Source: Planctomycetaceae bacterium UBA7805 (GTDB lineage Bacteria > Planctomycetota > Planctomycetia > Pirellulales > UBA7805). Taken from it: a stretch of DNA of 64,000 nucleotides. Location: contig DLCF01000131.1 of the NCBI GenBank assembly GCA_002480485.1, forward strand, positions 10,380-74,379, read 5' to 3'. Position numbers and translations under genes: made by a program. The notes under the pieces were generated by a model that ran no database searches, had not been told where the DNA came from, and saw only the letters and a list, made by a program, of their open reading frames with translations. Positions 1 through 9,500 of this stretch are shown here, piece after piece. The first letter of the stretch is position 1; each line of letters opens with the position of its first letter.

Positions 1-3000
1 CGGTCGAAGTCGATAATGATGAGCATTTGATCATTGTACAAGAGATAAAGCGTCAGCATCGACGCACTAATCAAGAAGATCAAGAAGAGATTTTCGATGC
101 CATCCGGCAGGCAGTGATTGAAGATTACGATGTGCCACCGCATACAATCTTGCTGCTGAAAGCGGGCAAACTTCCGAAAACATCCAGTGGGAAGATCCAG
201 CGAAGCGCGTGTTGCCAGCAGTTCGAAGCAGGCACAATCGAAGCAGTGGGTCGCTGGTCGATGGAGACCGATTTCTCCATCCGACGTCCTCAGCCACCGC
301 TCCACGTCAAGCCCGAGTTGGCTGCACCTACGGTAGGCAGGACCATTCAAGCTTGGCTGGTCGAGCGGATTGCACAGCAGTTACAGAAAGATTCAGAGTT
401 AATCAACATCCATGATCCTTTCGACCGCTTTGGGCTTGATTCGATTGCTTTGGTGAGTATTTCGGGTGAGTTAGAGGATTGGCTCGGTCAACCGGTTTCT
501 CCCACACTCCTTTACAGCTATCCCACCATTTCTGCACTGGGTGATCATTTAGGAAAAGTTCTTATTCGAGGTTCGATTCAAGAACCTCAAGCGCGTCTAT
601 CGCGACGATCACGCGGAGAGCCGATCGCGATCGTGGGTATGGGCTGCCGATTCCCCGGGGGCGATGCTCCAGAGGCTTTTTGGCAATTACTACGTGGTGG
701 GTTCGACGCGGTCAGTGAAATCCCGGCAGATCGTTGGGACGTCGATCGGTTCTACGATCCCAACCCGGAAGTCGCAGGAAAGATGTACACTCGGCGGGGT
801 GGATTTTTACGGAGAGTTGACCTTTTTGACCCGCAATTCTTCAGTATCTCGCCGCGAGAAGCGGTCGGCATTGATCCACAGCAGCGTCTTCTCATGGAAA
901 TAGCCTGGGAGACGCTTGAAGATGCGGGGCAGCCCCCCACACTGCTTGAGGCTGGCCGAACCGGTGTTTTTGTCGGGATTAGTACCTGTGACTATTCGCG
1001 TTTGGGCGAGCGGCGACAGGACCTTGGGTGCATTGATACTTACACTGCAACTGGAACCGCCACGAGTATTGCGGCCGGCCGTTTGGCCTACTTTCTCGGT
1101 CTACGTGGTCCGTGCATGGCGATTGATACGGCGTGCTCTTCCTCGCTGGTGGCCGTCCATCAGGCGATCGAGAGTCTGCGCAAGGGTGAGTGCAATTCTG
1201 CACTGGCGGGAGGGGTCAACTTGATTTTGGAGCCGGCCGCGATGATCGCACTCTCGGAAGTGAGGGCACTTTCCCCCGATGGCCGTTGCAAAACCTTCGA
1301 CCAAGCTGCTGACGGATATGCTCGGGGCGAGGGTTGTGGCATGGTGCTATTAAAGCGACTTTCTGACGCAGTTAAAGATGGTGATCGCGTTCATGCCCTA
1401 ATCCGCGGTTCGGCGGTAAATCATGATGGACACAGCAATGGTCTCACCGCACCGCATGGCCCGTCGCAGGAATCGCTGATTCGAGAAGCGGTCGCCGATG
1501 CCGGCATTGAGGCAGCTGACATCGATTACGTGGAAGCGCATGGAACGGGAACCTCGCTGGGTGACCCAATAGAGGTACAAGCGTTGGCGGCAGTTTTGGG
1601 TGAAGGGCGGAGAGCTGACAATCCGGTAGCGATTGGGTCAGTAAAAACGAACATCGGCCATCTTGAATCGGCAGCCGGGATTGCCGGTCTCATCAAAGTT
1701 ATTCTTGCTCTTCAACATGGAGAGATTCCACCGCATTTACACCTGGAGCATCCCAATCCCTACATTCCCTGGGAAGATTTGCCGGTTGTGATTCCGACCC
1801 AGCGTCAAGATTGGCCTGCCCGTCGCGGGCCGCGAACAGCAGGACTGAGTAGCTTCGGCTTCAGTGGAACCAATGCGCACCTCGTTTTGGAACAAGCACC
1901 GGAGTCACATGCGGTTCCGTTGCGGGAGGATCGTCCCGAACATGTGTTGGTTCTCTCAGCAAAGAGTTCTCAAGCTTTGACTGAACTCGCTGAACGTCAT
2001 TACCACCAATTGGAAGAGGAAAATCACTTTGCGGACGTCTGCTATACGGCGGCTTCGGGACGAGCGCACTTTTCGCATCGTCTTGCGGTTTGCGCAAAAG
2101 ATGCAACTCACGCTCGAAAATTATTGGTTGCCGCAGCAGAGGGCAAGCGGGCAGCGGGCCTTGAGCGAGGCAAAGCAGAGAGCCAAGTGCCAGGGAAACT
2201 AGCGTTTTTGTTCACCGGGCAGGGCTCGCAGTATGTCGGCATGGGGCACGAACTCTATCAAACGCAGCCTACCTTCCGTCAGGCGTTGGAGCGGTGCCAT
2301 GAAATTTTAATGGATCAGCTTGAGATTCCGCTTTTGGATGTTCTTTATCCTGCGGACAAACAAACATCGCCGTTGGATGAGACCGCGTACACTCAGCCCG
2401 CCCTATTTGCGATCGAATACGCCCTTTATGAACTGTGGAGGAGTTGGGGCATCCAGCCGCAGCTTGTCGTAGGGCATAGTGTGGGTGAGTACGTTGCTGC
2501 GTATGCCGCTGGGGTCTTCAGCCTTGAGGATGGTTTGAAACTTATTGCCGCGCGAGGTCGCTTGATGCAGCAGTTGCCCAGTACCGGGCAAATGGTCGCC
2601 TTGATGACCAGCGAAGCTCGGGTTACCCACGCGATTGCCAGAAGTGGACGGACCGACGTTTCGATTGCTGCAGTGAATGATCCGAATCAGACGGTGATAT
2701 CGGGTTCGGATGAAGCGGTCGATGTTGTGACCACGGCGCTGCAGGCTGATGAGGTTCGCGCAAAGCGTTTGGTCGTCTCGCACGCATTCCACTCCGAATT
2801 GATGGAGCCCATGCTCGACGACTTTGAAAATATATGCAAGGAAGTTCGATTTTCGGATCCGATGATTCCGATTGTTTCCAACGTTTACGGTCGCGCTGTT
2901 TCAACAGAAATTGCCACGCCGGAATACTGGCGCGCACACATCCGGGAAACCGTCCGATTTGCCGATGGGGTACGTCAACTCGAAAAACAACACGTCAATA

Positions 3001-6000
3001 TTTTTCTCGAAATCGGCCCCAATCCCATTCTTACTGCATCGGGGCGTCGCTGCATGAGTGGTGACGGATATGTGTGGATTCCGAGTCTTCGGGAAAGTCG
3101 GGGGAACTGGTCCCAGATGCTTCAAAGTGTTGCCGATCTGTACGTCCGTGGCGTGGCGATCGATTGGGAGGGGTTTGATCGAGATTATGTTCGTCGGAAG
3201 GTCGCCATCCCCCACTATCCTTTTCAGCGAAAGCGATTCTGGATCGATTCGACTTCGCCCGACGCCGCGGAAACGGTCACGGAGTCTGTCGCTACTTCCC
3301 CTGGTCCCGCTCAGCAAACGCGAAGCACGATAGATCTACGAGATGGTCTTTACGAGCTTCAATGGCAACCCCGTTCGCGCCTTAGTCAGCTTTTACCTCC
3401 GGTCGCGCATCGTGATCTCGGGGAACCGACCGCCATTGCAAGTGCGGTAAAGCCAGCCGAGTCTAGGCTTTCCGAACAGCTTGCCTTGCCGCGATACCAG
3501 GATTTCGATCGTGAGCTTGATCGCTTGTGTGCGGCGTATGCTCGAAAGGCAATATCAGATATCGGGTATCGGTTAGAGGGAGATAAGACATTCGATCTTG
3601 AGACGATCATTCAAAATTCAGGAGTGATCGACGTGCACCGGCGCTTGCTCGAGCGACTGCTGGCAATTCTTGTTGAGGATAATATTTTAGATGTCGATGG
3701 GCCCCAATACACGGTCTCAACCAGTTTGCCTCCGGCAGCTGATCCGGAGCAAATGCGATCGCTCATGGTTGATCGGTTTACCGAATGCAATGCGGAACTC
3801 GAATTACTCGGTCGTTGCGGAGACCGACTGGCTGGCGTTTTAACCGGCCAAATTGACCCGTTGCAGATTTTATTTCCGGACGGTTCTTCAGAGCTTGTGG
3901 AACGTTTGTACCAGGATTCGCCCTTCGCGCGCACGCTGAATACCCTCGTGGAGGAAGCGGTTGTAGCTGCACTTGCGCACAGCGAGGATGGCCGCCCAAT
4001 TAAAATACTCGAAATTGGTGCCGGTACAGGTGGAACTTCCTCGCAGATTATCCCACGGCTGCCGAGGGATCGAATTGAATATGTTTTCACGGACGTATCA
4101 GAACTGTTCACACGGAAAGCGCAAGACAAATTTCAGGATTATCCATTTATCCGATATGGCGCGCTGGATATCGAAAAAGATCCTGTCGGACAAGGATTTG
4201 CCGCGGGCCAGTTTGATCTAATTTTGGCTGCCAATGTGGTCCATGCGACACGCGATCTCGCCGATACGATGCAGAATATTCGACGTTTGCTGGTGCCTAA
4301 TGGATTGGTCATATTGCTTGAGGGAGCTCGCCCACAGCGGTGGCTTGATCTGATTTTTGGGCTCACTGACGGTTGGTGGCGTTTTACCGACACGGACTTA
4401 CGACCATCGAACCCTTTGATCACGCCCGATCAGTGGATGAAATTGTCTGAGCGGTGTGGTTTTCAAAGTGCTGTAGCATTGCCCAGAGAAAATACCGAGA
4501 CGTTGGCAGCAAACCAACAGTCCCCATCACCGCATGTGGTCGTCGTGGCCCAAAACCGTGGTGAATTGCCTAGCCGTGCAACGGACAAAGGTCCGAAATC
4601 CACAAGTGAACAGATCGTCGGTAAGTGGCTTTTGTTTGCCGATCGCGGGGGTGTAGCCGCGGCCATTGCAACACAGATTGATTCTGAGGATGGCCAAGCT
4701 GTGATGGTCCAATGGGGCAGTGAATATAAAAAAGTTAATGAAAATAATTTTCTCATTGATCCCGATAATCCGCAGCACTATGTCAGATTGCTTGGCGAGG
4801 TATCAAAAAGTGCCCCGGGTGCGTTGCAAGGCATCGCACATCTCTGGAGTCTCGATACGGCAGAAGCCAATCGACTTGATACAGAACTGCTAGATAAAGC
4901 GATGATGCTGTGTTGTGAGAGTCTACTGCATGTGGTTCAGCAGGGCCTTAAAAGCGGGTGGGAAAATCCGACGATTTGGGTGGTGACACAGGATGCCAAC
5001 GCAGTCGGGACAACGCAAGATGTCTCGGGTATCGCGCAATCGCCGCTTTGGGGTATCGGCCGTGTCATGGCAGAAGAGTTGCCCCAACTTTGGGGCGGAT
5101 TGATCGATATAGATCCGGGCTATGAAGACGTTGCAGCAGCTGAGGTTGTCTGGACGGAAATGCGAAACCCAGACTCGGAGAGACAAATAAGTTACAGGGC
5201 GGATCGCCGTTTTGCCGCTCGTCTGGTTCCTCGCGATGCCCCTCAGACAGTCACTCGACCGCTACGGTTTAAGGTAGATGCAAGCTACCTGGTGACTGGT
5301 GGACTGGGAGATTTGGGCTTGAAACTAGCGCGCTGGATGGTCGATCAAGGAGCGCGGCAAGTGATGCTGCTTGGCCGTAGTGAAATGCCACCCCGAGCTC
5401 ACTGGCCGTCGTTGGCTAAAGAGGATCCACGATTCGCGGAAAGGGTAAATGCAATTCAGCAAATGGAGGATTGCGGTGCGCGTGTACTCACAGTTGCGGG
5501 TGACGTCGGCGTTGACAACGTGCTGGCAGAACAATTGGATCGGGCCATGGCGGAGGGATGGCCACCACTTCACGGTGTGATTCATGCGGCAGGGATTGTT
5601 GACGCAGATCAGTTAATTGATCTTAGTGTCGAGAAAATGCGAGATATTTTGAAGAGTAAAGTACGCGGCACGTGGCTGCTGCATCAGGCCTGCCTAGGGC
5701 ACCCCTTGGACTTCTTTGTCAATTTTTCATCCGGTGCTTCGCTGCTCGGATCTCCTCTGCTTGGGGCATATGCCGCCGCGAATGCTTTCCTTGACGCGAT
5801 GTCCCAATGGCGTAGGGCAGCTGATCAACCAGCTTTGACGGTGAATTGGGGCTTCTGGGATGAGGTCGGCATGGTGGCTCGAAGTCAACGGGAAATGGGT
5901 CGCGGATTCGCGCCACAAGGCATGTATTCGTTTTCGCCTGCACAGGGACTTGAAGCACTCGGCTGGCTGCTAGAAGAAAACGCGATTCAAACTGCGGTTA

Positions 6001-6584
6001 TGCCAGCCGATTGGCCTGAGTGGTGGCATTTCCATCCGCGAGCGGCACAGTCTGCACTATTTGCCAATCTCGTGCAACTCGAAATGGGTCGTCAACCGAC
6101 TAAGGCAACTGAGCAGCAGGATATACCGACACTCAGTCGGGACACGATCGAAGAAACTCCGGTCGCAGAGCGGCCGCAATTGGTCGAGGAATTTCTAAGT
6201 GAACAACTTTCGCGTGTTCTGCGGATCGATGTGGAAGATTTAGATGTGCATCAGTCACTAGGAAATCTCGGTATTGATTCGTTGATGGCTGTTGAACTAC
6301 GTAACCATGTGCAGGCGAGTCTCGGAATTGTGATACCTGTCGCTCAGTTGTTACAGGATCCAAGTATCGCGCAACTTGCCCAGGGAATATTGGATCAGTT
6401 GTCCGGCACGTCTGCTCCGATGGGTGACGTTGCGATTACAGCGGATACAGCTGGCGGCAACCAGGAGGAATCACAGCAAGGTTTAATCGCAGAACAAGCT
6501 TTAGAAAAATTGGAAACGATGTCGGACTCGGAAGTCGAGGCGATGTTGAGCCAAATGCTCGATGGTGATAAGGAAAATTCATGA
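1..6584 (+). CDS. Type I PKS, 5'-truncated by the window: (FAAL C-terminus)-ACP-KS-AT-C-methyltransferase-KR-ACP
   Basis: The frame is open from base 3 (VEVDNDEHLIIVQE). FAAL-type A10 motif LPKTSSGKIQR; ACP GLDSI; KS DTACSSS, HGTGT and KTNIGHLE; AT GHSVG plus HAFH (malonyl type); MT LEIGAGTGG plus NVVHAT; KR GGLGDLG and YAAAN; terminal ACP GIDSL. No DH motif seen. Confidence 0.95.
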   Translation, partial: VEVDNDEHLIIVQEIKRQHRRTNQEDQEEIFDAIRQAVIEDYDVPPHTILLLKAGKLPKTSSGKIQRSACCQQFEAGTIEAVGRWSMETDFSIRRPQPPLHVKPELAAPTVGRTIQAWLVERIAQQLQKDSELINIHDPFDRFGLDSIALVSISGELEDWLGQPVSPTLLYSYPTISALGDHLGKVLIRGSIQEPQARLSRRSRGEPIAIVGMGCRFPGGDAPEAFWQLLRGGFDAVSEIPADRWDVDRFYDPNPEVAGKMYTRRGGFLRRVDLFDPQFFSISPREAVGIDPQQRLLMEIAWETLEDAGQPPTLLEAGRTGVFVGISTCDYSRLGERRQDLGCIDTYTATGTATSIAAGRLAYFLGLRGPCMAIDTACSSSLVAVHQAIESLRKGECNSALAGGVNLILEPAAMIALSEVRALSPDGRCKTFDQAADGYARGEGCGMVLLKRLSDAVKDGDRVHALIRGSAVNHDGHSNGLTAPHGPSQESLIREAVADAGIEAADIDYVEAHGTGTSLGDPIEVQALAAVLGEGRRADNPVAIGSVKTNIGHLESAAGIAGLIKVILALQHGEIPPHLHLEHPNPYIPWEDLPVVIPTQRQDWPARRGPRTAGLSSFGFSGTNAHLVLEQAPESHAVPLREDRPEHVLVLSAKSSQALTELAERHYHQLEEENHFADVCYTAASGRAHFSHRLAVCAKDATHARKLLVAAAEGKRAAGLERGKAESQVPGKLAFLFTGQGSQYVGMGHELYQTQPTFRQALERCHEILMDQLEIPLLDVLYPADKQTSPLDETAYTQPALFAIEYALYELWRSWGIQPQLVVGHSVGEYVAAYAAGVFSLEDGLKLIAARGRLMQQLPSTGQMVALMTSEARVTHAIARSGRTDVSIAAVNDPNQTVISGSDEAVDVVTTALQADEVRAKRLVVSHAFHSELMEPMLDDFENICKEVRFSDPMIPIVSNVYGRAVSTEIATPEYWRAHIRETVRFADGVRQLEKQHVNIFLEIGPNPILTASGRRCMSGDGYVWIPSLRESRGNWSQMLQSVADLYVRGVAIDWEGFDRDYVRRKVAIPHYPFQRKRFWIDSTSPDAAETVTESVATSPGPAQQTRSTIDLRDGLYELQWQPRSRLSQLLPPVAHRDLGEPTAIASAVKPAESRLSEQLALPRYQDFDRELDRLCAAYARKAISDIGYRLEGDKTFDLETIIQNSGVIDVHRRLLERLLAILVEDNILDVDGPQYTVSTSLPPAADPEQMRSLMVDRFTECNAELELLGRCGDRLAGVLTGQIDPLQILFPDGSSELVERLYQDSPFARTLNTLVEEAVVAALAHSEDGRPIKILEIGAGTGGTSSQIIPRLPRDRIEYVFTDVSELFTRKAQDKFQDYPFIRYGALDIEKDPVGQGFAAGQFDLILAANVVHATRDLADTMQNIRRLLVPNGLVILLEGARPQRWLDLIFGLTDGWWRFTDTDLRPSNPLITPDQWMKLSERCGFQSAVALPRENTETLAANQQSPSPHVVVVAQNRGELPSRATDKGPKSTSEQIVGKWLLFADRGGVAAAIATQIDSEDGQAVMVQWGSEYKKVNENNFLIDPDNPQHYVRLLGEVSKSAPGALQGIAHLWSLDTAEANRLDTELLDKAMMLCCESLLHVVQQGLKSGWENPTIWVVTQDANAVGTTQDVSGIAQSPLWGIGRVMAEELPQLWGGLIDIDPGYEDVAAAEVVWTEMRNPDSERQISYRADRRFAARLVPRDAPQTVTRPLRFKVDASYLVTGGLGDLGLKLARWMVDQGARQVMLLGRSEMPPRAHWPSLAKEDPRFAERVNAIQQMEDCGARVLTVAGDVGVDNVLAEQLDRAMAEGWPPLHGVIHAAGIVDADQLIDLSVEKMRDILKSKVRGTWLLHQACLGHPLDFFVNFSSGASLLGSPLLGAYAAANAFLDAMSQWRRAADQPALTVNWGFWDEVGMVARSQREMGRGFAPQGMYSFSPAQGLEALGWLLEENAIQTAVMPADWPEWWHFHPRAAQSALFANLVQLEMGRQPTKATEQQDIPTLSRDTIEETPVAERPQLVEEFLSEQLSRVLRIDVEDLDVHQSLGNLGIDSLMAVELRNHVQASLGIVIPVAQLLQDPSIAQLAQGILDQLSGTSAPMGDVAITADTAGGNQEESQQGLIAEQALEKLETMSDSEVEAMLSQMLDGDKENS

Positions 6585-9500
6585 GTGACGTAGTCAAATC
6601 AACCGAAAATCAGTCTGCGGAGCAGAAGCGTGCACTGCTTGAAAAACTGTTGAAAGAAAAAGCAGAGCAACAGGCCAAAACAGGTTCGCTTTCCTACGGA
6701 CAACGTGCACTGTGGTTTATGTATCAGATTGATCGGAACAGTTCCGCCTACAATATTATGTATGCGGCACATGTGCGATCAGATGTCGACGTCCCCGCGC
6801 TCGAGAATGCGTTTCAGACCCTCGTTATGCGCCATCCCGTTTTGCGCACTACATATCAGGCGGTTGGTGGGCTGCCGGTGCAGAAGGTTCATCCTCACGT
6901 TGAATCTAAGATTGTACGGGAGGATGCCCGTGATCTCGATTGGGAGACGCTGAACCAGAACATCGAGGCAGAGGCAGATCGCCCATTTGACCTTGAACAA
7001 GGCCCTGTTTTCCGTTTGCGAATTTATGAACGACGGGGAGATAGCCATGTCTTTTTGTTTACATCTGCACACATTGCAAGTGATTTCTGGTCATTTGATC
7101 TTTTATTTGACGAATTAGAATCTCTTTATCAAGGCGAGATAGTTGGCACGAAGGTCGACCTGCCTACCTTGTCTTATGACTACTGGGGCTTTGTGAAGTG
7201 GCAAGAAGAGATGCTGCAATCCGAGCAGGGTCACAAGCTTTGGGATTACTGGCAGGATCAACTCGGTGGCGAGTTACCCAATCTAGACCTACCGACAGAT
7301 CGGCCACGTCCTGCAGTGCAGACTTACCGGGGCAAAAGTCATACATTTCAACTGCCGGATCGCCTAGCAAATAGCATTATGGAGTTGACGCGTCATGAGG
7401 GGGCGACCCCCTTCATGACGTTGTTGGCAGCTTACCAAATTTTGCTGTACCGCTATTCAGGACAGCACGACATCCTAGTGGGCTCTCCGACCGCAGGGCG
7501 GAATCGTGCGGAATTTGAACAAATCTTCGGATATTTCCTGAATCCGGTTGTCTTGCGGGCACGTCTCGATCCGGAAATGAGTTTTCGACAATTTTTAGCC
7601 CAAGTGAAAGCTACTGTACTGGACGGCTTGACCTACCAGGACTTTCCGTTCCCCATGCTCGTCGAACGACTGCAACCGCCCCGAGATGTTAGTCGCTCGC
7701 CCCTATTTCAGGCGTCTTTTGCCTGGGACAAGCCCAGAAAACTATTCCAGTATGAGCGTGGCGAGGGTAATTTTTCGCCCCCGGAGGATGTATCGACGCT
7801 TGGCTTGATGCCTTTTGCATTGGGACAACAGGGAGCTGCATTTGATCTGACACTGATGATGCTAAGCATGGGTGATTCGCTATCCGCAGCGTTGCAATAC
7901 AACTCTGACCTATTTGACGATGCAACGATTTCGCGAATGGTCGGCCATTTTGAAATGCTTTTGGAAAGTATCGTTGCGAATCCGGAGGAGAAGCTGGCTG
8001 CCCTGCCGTTATTAGATCGTGAAGAGGAAACGGCTTTGATCCGTCAGTGGAATAACACCGACGCTAAGTATCCGGACGAGACGCTGCATCAAATTTTTGA
8101 ACACCGCGTCGCCCAAACACCCGATGCGATCGCAGTTCAATATGGAGAGGATGCGATAACCTATCGGGATTTGAACGAGCGCGCAAATCAACTTGCGAAC
8201 TTTATTGTGCAGCATGGCGTCGCCCCTGAGACCTACGTGGCTATTTATCTGGAACCCTCTCCCCAGATGCTGGTGGCAATCTTGGCAATTCACAAGGCAG
8301 GTGCAGCGTATGTGCCCTTAGCTCCGGGAACCCCATTAGAGCGAATTGGCATGATGCTCGAAGAGAGTGATGCTCCGCTGATCCTCACACAACAGTCGTT
8401 GATAGATTTGCTTCCAGAAACATCTGCTGAGCGGGTCTCTCTTGACCAGCAGTGGAGCTCAATCAGCAAAGAGTCGAAGGACAACCCAGGTCTTCCGATC
8501 GAGCCGTCGCAACTTGCCTATGTGATCTTCACCTCGGGCTCTACGGGAAAACCAAAGGGCGTTCAGATCGAACACCGCAGTGTGGTTAACTTCTTGGATG
8601 CGATGCGAAATGAACCGGGCATGACTGAGCGGGATACGCTGCTCGCAGTGACAACCATTTCTTTTGATATTTCGGTCCTGGAAATTTACCTGCCCCTTAC
8701 CACCGGAGCGACCGTCGCGCTTGTGAGCCGGCAGACGGCAAGCGATGGAAAACAATTAGCAACCGTATTGTCCGAACGTGGCATCACGATCATGCAGGCA
8801 ACCCCTGCAACTTGGCGTTTGCTGATTGAGGCCGGTTGGCAGGGTGATAAAAAAATCAAGATTCTCTGTGGTGGAGAGGCAATGCCCAGAGACCTCGCTG
8901 AGCAACTTATCGAGCGATCCGGTAGTTTGTGGAATATGTATGGCCCGACGGAGACAACTATTTGGTCTGCTGTCTCCCCAGTTATGTCCGGCACCGGAGC
9001 TGTGCCAGTAGGACGACCGATTGCAAATACGCAAATTTACATTCTGGATGAAAAAATGCACCCGGTCCCCGTGGGCGTCCCTGGCCATTTGCACATTGGT
9101 GGCGATGGACTTGCTAGAGGTTATTTGAGGCGGCCTGAGCTTACGGCGGAAAAATTTGTTGAGGATCCTTTCTGCGAAACAAATTCAGGGAAAATTTATA
9201 AGACTGGTGACTTGGCAAAATATCGCCCCGATGGCGTGATTGAATTTCTCGGCCGGCTTGATTTTCAGGTCAAGGTGCAGGGGCATCGGATTGAGCTTGG
9301 CGAAATTGAATCCCAGTTGAACCGTCACCCCAGTATCCGGCAGTCGGTCGTTATGGCGCGACAAACTGGAAGTAAAATTGATGACAAACAACTCGTGGCC
9401 TACACACTTACCGACGGCGAATCGCCGAATGTCAGTGACCTTCGCGATTTTTTACGGACAACTCTTCCGGACTACATGCTACCGGCAATTTTTATGCCGC

